From positions 9,996 through 73,995 of the forward strand of contig DVIL01000014.1 in NCBI GenBank assembly GCA_018711305.1: a stretch of 64,000 bases of DNA, written 5' to 3'. The notes below the pieces were generated by a model, which had not been told where the DNA came from, did no database searches, and was given only the letters and a program-made list of their open reading frames with translations. Shown piece after piece: positions 48,322 through 57,587 of the stretch. The stretch comes from Candidatus Coprenecus stercorigallinarum (GTDB lineage Bacteria; Bacteroidota; Bacteroidia; Bacteroidales; UBA932). The translations under genes and the position numbers were made by a program. Position 1 is the stretch's first letter. Each line of letters starts with the position of its first letter.

Positions 48322-49386
48322 ATGGAGCATCACGCGATGACAAGAGAAGAATATGTCCACAATGGACCGTTCCGGTGTGAGGCCGGAGGCACAATCAGCA
48401 ATCTGAAAATAGTGTACCACATCTCCTGTCCGGAGGGACTGCCGGCATGCAGTAGCCTGGACCATGATTCAGAGAACCGCACAAATGGGAAGGTGATATG
48501 GATCTGCCATGCGCTGACGGCCAATTCGGATCCGGAGGAATGGTGGCCGGAGATGGTCGGACCGGGCCGGCCCATAGACACTGAAAGGTACACGGTGGTC
48601 TGTGCCAATATGCTCTGCTCGGCCTACGGCTCTTCCGGCCCGGCGGACGGGGCTTTTCTGGATTTCCCGAAAGTGACGGTCCGGGATATTGTCCGCACCG
48701 AGATTCTCCTGTGCCGGCATTTAGGCATCGGTAGGATAGACCTGCTGATAGGCAGCTCCATCGGCGGCTTCCAGGCCCTGGAGTGGGCGGTGATGGAGCC
48801 GGAGGTGATAGGCCGTGCCGCGATTATGGCCTGCGGTCCCAGAGTTACACCCTGGCTCACTGCGTCCAACGAGGCCCAGAGGATGGCGATCGAGGCCGAC
48901 CCTACCTTCCGTGAGTGCCGGAGCCTCAGCGACGGAGAGGCCGGACTGAGGGCGGCAAGAGCTATAGCGCTGATTTCCTACCGCAGCTATCGGGGCTACA
49001 ACACCACTCAGAATGAGGAGGATCCCGACACCCTTTTCGCCACCCGCGCCGCCTCCTACGAGCGCTATCAGGGCCGCAAGCTTTCCGACCGTTTCGACGC
49101 CTATTCCTATTGGTATCTGACTCATTCCGTGGACAGTCACAATGTGGGCCGGGGACGAGGAGGTGTGGAGGCGGCTCTCCGGGGCATCAGGACCCGCTGC
49201 ATCATCGTAGGCATAGACAGCGACGCCCTTTTCCCGACAGAGGAACAGCGGTATATGGCCGACCACATCCCCGGGGCGGAATACCACGAGATAACCTCCG
49301 CATTCGGCCACGACGGCTTCCTGCTCGAATACGGCCAGATATCGGAGATTCTCAGGCCGGAGTTAGAGGCTCTGGGACAATTTTAA
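48322..49386 (+). CDS. metX: homoserine O-acetyltransferase
   Basis: Alpha/beta hydrolase with GSSIGGFQALEW nucleophile motif and SAFGHDGFLLE C-terminus. Start could be ATG 48322 or 48337. Confidence 0.9.
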   Translation: MEHHAMTREEYVHNGPFRCEAGGTISNLKIVYHISCPEGLPACSSLDHDSENRTNGKVIWICHALTANSDPEEWWPEMVGPGRPIDTERYTVVCANMLCSAYGSSGPADGAFLDFPKVTVRDIVRTEILLCRHLGIGRIDLLIGSSIGGFQALEWAVMEPEVIGRAAIMACGPRVTPWLTASNEAQRMAIEADPTFRECRSLSDGEAGLRAARAIALISYRSYRGYNTTQNEEDPDTLFATRAASYERYQGRKLSDRFDAYSYWYLTHSVDSHNVGRGRGGVEAALRGIRTRCIIVGIDSDALFPTEEQRYMADHIPGAEYHEITSAFGHDGFLLEYGQISEILRPELEALGQF

Positions 49387-49409
49387 GTAAAATCAATAAA
49401 ATCAAGTAT

Positions 49410-51896
49410 ATGCAGGTATTGAAATTCGGCGGCACATCTGTCGCAAACGCAGAGAATATGTCAAGGGTCGCGGATATCGTGACCAAGGCTGTGGACCGGG
49501 ACAGGACCATTCTGGTCTGTTCTGCCATCAGCGGCTTTACCGACGCCCTCATCCGGACCGGCCGTATGGCTGCGGCGCGGGACGAGGCTTACAAGAGTAT
49601 CATAGACGAGTATCAGGAGAAGCATTACCGGATCATTCACAGCCTGATCCAGGCTGACAAGCAGCGCGGTACCCTAGAGGCGTGCGATGCGGTGTTCGAG
49701 TCGCTCAGAGGCATCGCCAGGGGAGTCTGCCTGTTGGGCGAGCTGAGCGAGGCCAGCTTAGATGCGATACAGGGCTGCGGAGAACTCCTGTCAACCAGGA
49801 TAATGGCCGTCCGCCTGGCCTCGGAGGGCATTCCGGTAAAATGGGTGGATTCCCGCGAGATAATCCGGACAGTGCGCAAGGACGGGGTGAATGTGGTGGA
49901 TACGGCTGTCAGCTACGCCAATATGGTTGCAATGCTGGAGCGCAATCCGGTGACTTCGCTGTTTGTCCTGCCCGGCTTCATCGCCTCTGACAGTCAGGGA
50001 CGTACCACGACTCTCGGGCGGGGCGGCTCCGACTATTCGGCTTCCCTGCTGGCCGTGGGTTGCGGGGTACGGCGCCTGGAAATCTGGACCGACGTGCCAG
50101 GAATGATGACGGCCAATCCCAAGACCGTCCCCACGGCCCGTACCATCAGCAACATCTCCTACCGTGCCGCATTGGAACTGTCTCATTTCGGTGCCAAGGT
50201 CATCTATCCTCCCACCATCCAGCCGGTGGTCTCCGAAGGCATTCCCATCTACGTCAAGGACACTTTTGACCCGGACGCGCCGGGAACCCTTATCGAGAAG
50301 AACCCGCCCCGGAGCAAGGAGAGGCTGGTGGGTATTTCCAATTCGGACAATATTGCCCTCATATCCCTGGAAGGCAGCGGCATGGTAGGTGTACCCGGCT
50401 TCTCGGCCCGCCTCTTCGAGGCCCTCAGCCGCAGCGGTATCAACATCATACTCATCACCCAGGCCTCTTCGGTCCACACCATGTGCGTGGCCATCCCGGA
50501 GAAGGACGCGGAGAAGGCCAGGGAGGCGGCGGACAGCTGTTTTGCCTACGAGATATCGTTGGGCAAGCTCAATCCCCTGAAAGTCGAGCAAGGCTATTCG
50601 ATAGTATGCCTCGTAGGGGACGACATTCTCAGCCAATGCGGTACGACGGGCCGGATGCTCGATGCCCTCGGCCGTCACGGGATACCTATCAGGGCCACGG
50701 CCCAGGGCTCGTCCGAGCGCAATATCTCAGTGGTGGTGCGCTCCTCCGAGGCGGACCGGGCCATACGCTACATCCACAATGAGTTTTTCGACAGGTCGCC
50801 GCTGAAGGACATCAATCTGTTCATCACCGGCTACGGCACTGTGGGCAAGGCCCTTGTGGACATCATCCAGCACAATGGGGATGCGGTGGCGGCCCGGACC
50901 GGGAAGCGGCTGCGCATAGCGGGGATAGCCAACAGCCGCCGCTACGTGCTGGATCCGGAGGGAATTGCCCCGGAGAGGGCAGGGGAGCTGCTTGCCCAGG
51001 GCCTCAGCGCGGCTGACGATGCCTGGACGGAGGCCCTTGCCCACACCTCTTTGGAGAATTCCGTATTTGTCGACAGTACCGCGAGTGCGGACATAGCCTG
51101 CCGGTACGCCTCCCTCTTCCGTCACGGGTATTCGGTCGTGGCCTGCAACAAGATCGCCTTCTCCGCCCCGTTGGCCCAGTACCGGGCGTTGAGGAAGGCT
51201 GCCTTGGAGAGCGGTGCGGGGCTGAGGTACGAGACGACGGTCGGAGCGGCCCTGCCGGTGCTGGAGTCCGTGGCCCGCTGTGTCTGCAGCGGAGACCGCA
51301 TCCACCGGGTCGAGGCCGTGCTGTCCGGGACACTCAACTACATCTATAGCACATACGACGGCGGAAAATCGGTGACATTTGCCGAGGTGGTGCGTCAGGC
51401 CGTGGAGAAAGGCTATGCCGAGCCGGATCCGAGGATAGACCTCAGCGGACGGGACGTTCTGCGCAAGCTGTTGATTTTAGGCAGGGAAGCCGGAGCCGCA
51501 CTGGAGGAGGGGGACGTGGAGGCGGAGCCGCTGCTGCCGCAGGAGTACTTCCGGGGGAGCGTGGAGGATTTCTACAAGGCATTGGAGGACAATGAAAAAT
51601 CCTTTGCGGAGCAATACCATCAGGCGACTTCCCGGGGGCTGCGCCTCCGTTTCGAGGCCTCCCTGGAGAGGGTTCCGCTCTCTGGGGATGAATCCTCCGG
51701 AGCCTCCCCTTGCCGCTGGAAAGCCCGCATTGCATTGGAGGCATTGTCCCCCGAGCATCCGCTTTATTCGCTTGAAGGGACCGACAACGCCGTGATTCTG
51801 ACCACGGATTTCTATCCCTCGCCCTTGGTCATACGGGGTGCGGGTGCCGGAGCGTACCAGACGGCCTCCGGAGTATTGAACGATATTTTAAAGTAA
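49410..51896 (+). CDS. thrA: bifunctional aspartate kinase / homoserine dehydrogenase
   Basis: MQVLKFGGTSVANAENM kinase opening, ACT region and a C-terminal HSD domain. The ORF-track extension from 49110 overlaps metX and is not used. Confidence 0.93.
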   Translation: MQVLKFGGTSVANAENMSRVADIVTKAVDRDRTILVCSAISGFTDALIRTGRMAAARDEAYKSIIDEYQEKHYRIIHSLIQADKQRGTLEACDAVFESLRGIARGVCLLGELSEASLDAIQGCGELLSTRIMAVRLASEGIPVKWVDSREIIRTVRKDGVNVVDTAVSYANMVAMLERNPVTSLFVLPGFIASDSQGRTTTLGRGGSDYSASLLAVGCGVRRLEIWTDVPGMMTANPKTVPTARTISNISYRAALELSHFGAKVIYPPTIQPVVSEGIPIYVKDTFDPDAPGTLIEKNPPRSKERLVGISNSDNIALISLEGSGMVGVPGFSARLFEALSRSGINIILITQASSVHTMCVAIPEKDAEKAREAADSCFAYEISLGKLNPLKVEQGYSIVCLVGDDILSQCGTTGRMLDALGRHGIPIRATAQGSSERNISVVVRSSEADRAIRYIHNEFFDRSPLKDINLFITGYGTVGKALVDIIQHNGDAVAARTGKRLRIAGIANSRRYVLDPEGIAPERAGELLAQGLSAADDAWTEALAHTSLENSVFVDSTASADIACRYASLFRHGYSVVACNKIAFSAPLAQYRALRKAALESGAGLRYETTVGAALPVLESVARCVCSGDRIHRVEAVLSGTLNYIYSTYDGGKSVTFAEVVRQAVEKGYAEPDPRIDLSGRDVLRKLLILGREAGAALEEGDVEAEPLLPQEYFRGSVEDFYKALEDNEKSFAEQYHQATSRGLRLRFEASLERVPLSGDESSGASPCRWKARIALEALSPEHPLYSLEGTDNAVILTTDFYPSPLVIRGAGAGAYQTASGVLNDILK

Positions 51897-51905
51897 ACAT
51901 ATTTT

Positions 51906-53204
51906 ATGGAAAGAAATTACAGATTCGAGACCCTGCAGGTCAGGGCAGGACAGGAGATCGACCCTGTCTCCAAAGGCACGGCGGTGCCCATCTACCAGAG
52001 TACGGCGTATGTCTTCGACGACATGCAGTACGGCAAAGAGCTTTTCGAACTCAAGAAACCGGGCAATATCTACACCCGCATCACCAACACCACCAACGAG
52101 GTATTCGAGAAGCGTATGGCGGCCCTCGAGAACGGGGTGGCGGCCACGGCTACGGCTTCGGGCCAGTCAGCGGTGCTGCTCAGTATCCTGAACATTGCCG
52201 GACCGGGGGACAATGTGGTGACCTCTCCCTTCCTCTACGGCGGCACCTTCACCATGTTTGCCATTACCCTCAGGGACATGGGGATAGAGATGCGTTTTGC
52301 GGCCAGTGACTCTCCGGAGGACTTGGAGGCGCTGGTGGACGGCAGGACCAAGGGTATTTTCATAGAGAACCTGGCCAATCCGGCTTTCAGCATCCCGGAT
52401 TTCGAGCCGATCGTGGAGATGGCCCGCCGCCGCGGTATCTGCGTGCTGGTGGACAATACTTTCGGCATGGCCGGCTGGCTGCTGCGTCCGGTGGACTGGG
52501 GCTGCAATGTGGTGATTCATTCGGCTACCAAATGGATCTGCGGACACGGTACGGCCCTCGGCGGGGTGGTAGTGGACGGAGGCAATTTCGATTGGGATCC
52601 TGAGAAATATCCTTTGCTCGCGGCCCCTTCGGAGAGCTATCACGGGGTGGTCTACACCGATGTGTTCGGGAAGGCGGCCTTCGCCGGACGTGTGAGGGTG
52701 GACGGGCTGCGCAATCTCGGGCCGGCTCCCTCGCCGTTCAACTCCTTCCTGATGCTGCAGGGGCTGGAGACCCTCTCGCTCAGGGCGGAGCGGTGCTGTG
52801 ACAATACCCTCGAGGTGGCCCGTTTCCTGACCTCGCATCCGGCGGTGGAGAGTGTCAACTATCCCGGTCTGGAGGACAATCCCTATCATGCCCTTGGCTG
52901 CAAATACCTCAGGCACGGCTTCGGCGGAGTGCTCACCTTCAGGGTGAGAGGCGGATTTGATGCCGCGGCGGCCTTGGTGGACCGGCTGGAACTGATCCTG
53001 CACGTGGGCAGCGTAGGGGATGCCAAGTCGCTGATAGTGCATCCGGCTTCCACGACCCATTCGCAGCTCAGCCCGTCCGAGCAGGTGGCCGCCGGGGTCT
53101 ATCCCAACATGCTGCGCCTGTCGGTGGGCATTGAGAATGTGGATGACCTGATTTACGATCTGGAGAATGCCTTGGATTCTTTGCAGGGGAGGGCAGGACT
53201 ATGA
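51906..53204 (+). CDS. metY: O-acetylhomoserine aminocarboxypropyltransferase (sulfhydrylase), PLP-dependent
   Basis: 432 aa. HSATKWICGHGTALGG PLP-lysine region; Cys/Met metabolism PLP family. Confidence 0.92.
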   Translation: MERNYRFETLQVRAGQEIDPVSKGTAVPIYQSTAYVFDDMQYGKELFELKKPGNIYTRITNTTNEVFEKRMAALENGVAATATASGQSAVLLSILNIAGPGDNVVTSPFLYGGTFTMFAITLRDMGIEMRFAASDSPEDLEALVDGRTKGIFIENLANPAFSIPDFEPIVEMARRRGICVLVDNTFGMAGWLLRPVDWGCNVVIHSATKWICGHGTALGGVVVDGGNFDWDPEKYPLLAAPSESYHGVVYTDVFGKAAFAGRVRVDGLRNLGPAPSPFNSFLMLQGLETLSLRAERCCDNTLEVARFLTSHPAVESVNYPGLEDNPYHALGCKYLRHGFGGVLTFRVRGGFDAAAALVDRLELILHVGSVGDAKSLIVHPASTTHSQLSPSEQVAAGVYPNMLRLSVGIENVDDLIYDLENALDSLQGRAGL

Positions 53205-54205
53205 GAGTGGCGGTTGTAGGAGCTACCGGGCTGGTCGGCTCGGTGATGCTGAAAGTCTTGGAGGAAAGGCATTTTCCTGTGACGGAGCTGCTGCCGGTGG
53301 CTTCGGAGAAGTCGGTGGGAAGGTCAGTGCGCTTTGCCGGCTCGGATGTGCAGGTGGTGGGAGCTGAGACAGCTCTGGCAGCGCGTCCCGACATTGCCCT
53401 GTTCTCGGCCGGGGCCTCCGTCTCCCGGGAGCTGGCTCCCCGTTTCGCTGCCGTAGGCTGCCGGGTGGTGGACAATTCCTCCTGCTGGAGGATGGAGCCC
53501 GGCGTGCCGTTGGTGGTACCCGAGATCAACGGCAATGTGCTGGGCCCCGGGGATATGATCATCGCCAATCCCAACTGCTCCACGATACAGATGCTCATGC
53601 CTCTTGCCCCGCTGCACCGCCGCTGGGGCATACGCCGCATCGTGGTCTCCACCTACCAGTCCGTTTCCGGGTCAGGCTACAAGGCCTTGGCCCAGATGCA
53701 GGCGGAAAGGGCCGGAGGCAGGTGGGGAGAATATCCGGCGGCCTATCCCCATCCCATTGACCTGAACATCCTGCCGCATATTGACAGTTTCCTCGACAGC
53801 GGCTACACGAAGGAGGAGATGAAGATGGTGAACGAGACGCACAAGATATTGGGGGACGAGGGCATTACCGTGTCGCCCACGACGGTGCGGGTACCTGTGA
53901 CCGGAGGCCATTCGGAATCGGTCAACGTGGAACTGTCCAGGGAGTTCGACCTTGGGGAGGTCCGTGCCGTCATTGCTTCCACCCCGGGCTGTGTCCTGCA
54001 GGATGACCCGTCTGCCGCTGTCTATCCCATGCCGTTGTATGCCCAGGGCAGGGACGAGGTCTTCGTCGGCCGCATCCGCCGCGACCCCACCGTCCCCCAC
54101 GGCCTCAACCTCTGGTGCGTCGCCGACAACCTCCGCAAGGGAGCCGCCACCAATGCCGTCCAGATTGCGGAGCTGCTGCTGCCGTTCCTTCCGCTGCAGT
54201 CCTGA
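53201..54205 (+). CDS. asd: aspartate-semialdehyde dehydrogenase
   Basis: 334 aa. VVGATGLVG NAD motif, active-site ANPNCSTI and SVSGSG. Confidence 0.95.
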   Translation: MRVAVVGATGLVGSVMLKVLEERHFPVTELLPVASEKSVGRSVRFAGSDVQVVGAETALAARPDIALFSAGASVSRELAPRFAAVGCRVVDNSSCWRMEPGVPLVVPEINGNVLGPGDMIIANPNCSTIQMLMPLAPLHRRWGIRRIVVSTYQSVSGSGYKALAQMQAERAGGRWGEYPAAYPHPIDLNILPHIDSFLDSGYTKEEMKMVNETHKILGDEGITVSPTTVRVPVTGGHSESVNVELSREFDLGEVRAVIASTPGCVLQDDPSAAVYPMPLYAQGRDEVFVGRIRRDPTVPHGLNLWCVADNLRKGAATNAVQIAELLLPFLPLQS

Positions 54206-54293
54206 CGGAGCAGCAGGGTAATTTCCACCCCCGGGAAAAGTGCCGGGCTTTTTCACGATTCCGGTGCACTTTTCCCCGCGGCTTGCAGACGCA

Positions 54294-54397
54294 TGAAAAT
54301 CCAGCAGTCGAAAAGACCAGGCCCTCCCACCGCTTCGCGGCGGGTCCCTCCCTCTAGAGCCGAGGGCGGCTAGTCTTTTCTCGTTGCTGGATTTTCA
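54294..54397. repeat. palindromic element with GGGAGGG-type core, copy 5
   Basis: Near-identical to 35694-35797. Flank homology starts about 38 nt upstream (54256 versus 35657). Confidence 0.85.
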
Positions 54398-54659
54398 TTG
54401 AGTCATCTGATTGGAATCTGAGAATTGCAGGTCCTTTTGCAGATATTTGATTCTTAGCGAGTTATAAATCGGGGCGCAATTTTCGCGGTCTCACGAGGAC
54501 TCGAAAATCGCACCTTGTTTTGTAAGTGCTTGGTTGTCAGTGCGTCCGAAAACATGCTGCATTTTCCGCCTGCACCGCTTTGCCATACCGGCACCGGAGC
54601 TTTGCAGGCATCGGCGTATCCCGCGATTTCGGCTCACTTTTCTTCTTGTGGTGTGCCCA

Positions 54660-54738
54660 TGAAAACTCCGCAACGAGAAAAGCTGGCCGCCTTTGGCTCT
54701 GGAGGGAGAGCCTGGTCTTTTCGACTGCGGGATTTTCA
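54660..54738. repeat. inverted, centrally deleted copy of the 54294-54397 element
   Basis: TGAAAACTCCGCAACGAGAAAAGCTGGCCGCCTTTGGCTCTGGAGGGAGAGCCTGGTCTTTTCGACTGCGGGATTTTCA matches the reverse complement of copy 5 minus about 24 nt of central hairpin. Confidence 0.75.
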
Positions 54739-54915
54739 TTGCTTCATCTATGCTGTCATGCCCTGAAACTAAACTTTTGAGGACCGGTCCTTGGATGTGT
54801 CATTGGAGTTCGCAGACATTCAATGCTGATGCAACCTGAGAAATGGCTATCAGTAAACATTACCATGACTTATACACACCAGCATTAACATTGGCGAATC
54901 CCGTAAAGCACCTAT

Positions 54916-55091
54916 GCCACTAAACATTTTAGTTGTGTACAAGACTCTGGATAGCACGCCTTTACACGTGACGAAGCTTTTTAGTGGCTCCAGAAAGTAC
55001 ATTATGGGCAGTTTTTGCCGCCACATAACATTTTCCGATTTCACGAGGCTCTGGAAATCAGGAGATTTCTTTTAACGAATGTGTTTAGTGA
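54916..55091 (+). repeat. 176-nt module B, paralog of 22166-22341
   Basis: Motifs at 54916-54937 (inverted), 54961-54988 and 55071-55091. Spacing is identical to module A. Confidence 0.65.
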
Positions 55092-55409
55092 AGATACGGA
55101 TAAAAATATCCACTGATCAGGTATCCGCCAGAAGCAGGAGAGCAGGGTGACTGCGACTCTCCGAAGGAATATATGCCGATATGTGCCGCCTTTTGTTCTG
55201 CCGTCTTTCTGCTCGCGCAAGGCCTTCAGGAGGGGTGATATTTTCTTCCGTGCGTTCTTCCTTTGCGGCAGAGGGACATTGGCCGGCACGTTCCATGTCT
55301 TTCCGACGAGCTGTGCTCCCTGTAGTTTGCCCTGCCGGCAGTAGTTCCGGACCGTACGTTCTGCTATGCCGTGATTGGCGGCATACTCTTTCGTTGATAT
55401 GAAATCCAT
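55041..55409 (-). pseudogene. N-terminal fragment of an HTH-Fic family protein
   Basis: MDFISTKEYAANHGIAERTVRNYCRQGKLQGAQLVGKTWNVP (HTH_17-like), then ...LLKALREQKDGRTKGGTYRHI. Similarity ends near codon 80 and no Fic core (HxFx[D/E]GNGR) follows. Confidence 0.6.
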
Positions 55410-55432
55410 TTCTATCGGCAAGAAATGCGGGC

Positions 55433-56332
55433 TCAGGCATTCATCCCGCGGTATTCTTTCGGCGTGTATCCTGTCACTTTCTTGAACATCCGGCTCAGGT
55501 GGTGGGGATACTGGAATCCGATTTCGTAGGCGATCTCGCTTACAGTCTTGTCCGATCCGGCCAGCAGGTCCTTGACGCGGTTGATGACGGAGAGGTGGAT
55601 GTATTCGATGGCGGATTTGCCTGTCTCTTTCTTGATGAGGTCTCCGAAATAGTTGGCGGAGAAGTGGAGCTGGTCTGCGCACCACGCCACTGTGGGCAGT
55701 CCGAGCACTTCCGGCTTGTCTGAGTCGAAATAGCCGGTCATCAGCTCTTCGAAGCGCGTGAGGACATCGCGGTTGATGGCTTCGCGGGTTGCGAACTGGC
55801 GGTCATAGAAGCGGAGGCAGTGGTTGAGCAGGACTTCGATGTTGGAGGTGATGATGCTGCGGCTGTGCCTGTCGATGCTGTGGTGCAGTTCTTCCTGTAT
55901 CTCGGAGAAACAGTTGAGGATGGTCTGCCGTTCGCGTTCGGACATGTGCAGGGCCTCGTTCACTTCGTAGGAGAAAAAAGTGTATTCCTTCATCCTGCGG
56001 GCCAGGGAGGTTCCACGGATAAGGTCAGGATGGAACAGCAGGGCATAACCTTGCGGGTGCGGCGTCTCGCCGTCATCGTTGATGCCTCCTACCTGGCCCG
56101 GAGCTATGAAGAGAAGTGTCCCTTCCTGATAGTCGTATTTGTTGCGTCCGTAAGTAATGGGCCCGTGGATATTCTCTTTCAGGAAGATGGCGTAGAAACC
56201 GAAATATTTGCAGCGGTGTTTCAGTACGTCCACTTTCGAAAAGTCCACAAAACTCACAAGCGGATTGAGCGTTTCCAGCCCCAGGAACTCGTTGTAGTCG
56301 TGTATCGTCTTCAGATTCAGAATTTCTCCCAT
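55433..56332 (-). CDS. AraC family transcriptional regulator
   Basis: 299 aa. C-terminal HTH ...TVSEIAYEIGFQYPHHLSRMFKKVTGYTPKEYR. Confidence 0.88.
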   Translation of the reverse strand: MGEILNLKTIHDYNEFLGLETLNPLVSFVDFSKVDVLKHRCKYFGFYAIFLKENIHGPITYGRNKYDYQEGTLLFIAPGQVGGINDDGETPHPQGYALLFHPDLIRGTSLARRMKEYTFFSYEVNEALHMSERERQTILNCFSEIQEELHHSIDRHSRSIITSNIEVLLNHCLRFYDRQFATREAINRDVLTRFEELMTGYFDSDKPEVLGLPTVAWCADQLHFSANYFGDLIKKETGKSAIEYIHLSVINRVKDLLAGSDKTVSEIAYEIGFQYPHHLSRMFKKVTGYTPKEYRGMNA

Positions 56333-56358
56333 ACATGTCCGTTTTTAGTATGCTTGAC

Positions 56359-56366
56359 CAAAAGTA
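56359..56366 (-). promoter_or_regulatory. candidate -7 box (TACTTTTG) for the AraC gene
   Basis: Perfect TAnnTTTG on the minus strand, 27 nt upstream of ATG 56332. Confidence 0.45.
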
Positions 56367-56485
56367 CGGAAATCTTCCGGAAGGCGGAACCATACCCCAG
56401 CCCTTTCGGTAAAATCGGTATAAGATTCTGTGAAATGGGTGTGCCGGGCAGTAATCTGTGTATGGACGGGCATTCCAAGGCACAG

Positions 56486-56493
56486 TAGCTTTG
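56486..56493 (+). promoter_or_regulatory. candidate -7 box (TAGCTTTG) for the transporter gene
   Basis: Perfect TAnnTTTG, 26 nt upstream of ATG 56519. Confidence 0.45.
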
Positions 56494-56518
56494 CAGCAGG
56501 AATTCAAATTATACAGAT

Positions 56519-57502
56519 ATGGCATCAGGCGCTTTTAGGATATGGAACAGATTCATCCGTTTTCTCAAGACGTGGACCTTGCCGCTCGGCATGTTCGCCG
56601 GGGTTGGTATCTATCTGATGTTCCATTATATTCCATTGCTGAGTCCACTCAAGGTGCTGGCCAAGGGTGCGGAAGACTACGTCATGCCGCTGATGGTGTT
56701 TATCCAGCTGTTCACCACTTTCTGCAAGGTCAATCCTCGTGAAATGAGGATCTGCAGGTGGCATATCGTGATGATATCCGTGCAGCTGGCATGCTGTCTG
56801 GCGGTGGCGTTACCCATACATTTTTTCCCGGATTTCAAGTACGGTATCGTGGAGCAGGGAGCTCTGGTCTGCCTGATTGTACCCACCGGAACGGCTGCGG
56901 CAGTCATGACCGGACGGTTGGGCGGAAACGAGACCACGCTGACGACCTACACGATTCTCAGCAACCTCGTGGCGGCCGTGATGATTCCCTCCGTGTTCCC
57001 GCTGGTGGAGATGCAGTCGGCCGGATCATTCGGCCATCAGTTCCTGCTCATCCTGCGGCACGTGTTCCCTCTGCTCATTATCCCTTTCCTTATGGTGTGG
57101 GCACTGCGGGAGTTCCTGCCGAAAGCCCATGCGGTGGTCGTGCGGCTGTGCGGAAACCTTGCATTTTACCTATGGGGCATTTCTCTGATAATAGCTATCG
57201 GACTTACCCTCCGATCTGTGGTGAACAGCCACTTTGACCCGCACGTGATGTGGATGCTTGCCCTCTCGGCACTGGTGGCGTGCGCCTGGCAGTTCGGTAT
57301 CGGAAAATTCGTGGGCAGACGCTGCAACGACTATATAAGCTGCGGGCAGGGCTTCGGGCAGAAGAACACGATACTGGCCATCTGGGTATCGTACACGTAC
57401 CTTACTCCGGTCATTTCCGTGGCGCCGAGCTGCTACATTGTATGGCAGAATATCGTGAACTCATGGCAACTGTGGAGGAAGGGCAGGGCAGCACGGACAT
57501 AA
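56519..57502 (+). CDS. bile acid:sodium symporter (SBF-like) family transporter
   Basis: 327 aa with about 9-10 TM helices. The N-terminal pattern resembles the Bacteroidales SBF-like/DUF4137 transporters. Confidence 0.6.
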   Translation: MASGAFRIWNRFIRFLKTWTLPLGMFAGVGIYLMFHYIPLLSPLKVLAKGAEDYVMPLMVFIQLFTTFCKVNPREMRICRWHIVMISVQLACCLAVALPIHFFPDFKYGIVEQGALVCLIVPTGTAAAVMTGRLGGNETTLTTYTILSNLVAAVMIPSVFPLVEMQSAGSFGHQFLLILRHVFPLLIIPFLMVWALREFLPKAHAVVVRLCGNLAFYLWGISLIIAIGLTLRSVVNSHFDPHVMWMLALSALVACAWQFGIGKFVGRRCNDYISCGQGFGQKNTILAIWVSYTYLTPVISVAPSCYIVWQNIVNSWQLWRKGRAART

Positions 57503-57561
57503 TCCGCAAAAACTGCAAATCCTCCCGAATTATCTGTAAGACTGCTCCGGCAGGCATCTTC

Positions 57562-57569
57562 TAACTTTG
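57562..57569 (+). promoter_or_regulatory. candidate -7 box (TAACTTTG)
   Basis: Perfect TAnnTTTG, 19 nt upstream of ATG 57588. Confidence 0.45.
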
Positions 57570-57587
57570 CAATCATTAGGAAAAAGT

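Noticed and set aside
49110-49409. 100-codon N-terminal extension of thrA in the ORF track
   Set aside because: It overlaps the 3' end of metX in another frame and translates to R/G/P-rich nonsense. The canonical aspartokinase opening MQVLKFGGTS starts at 49410.
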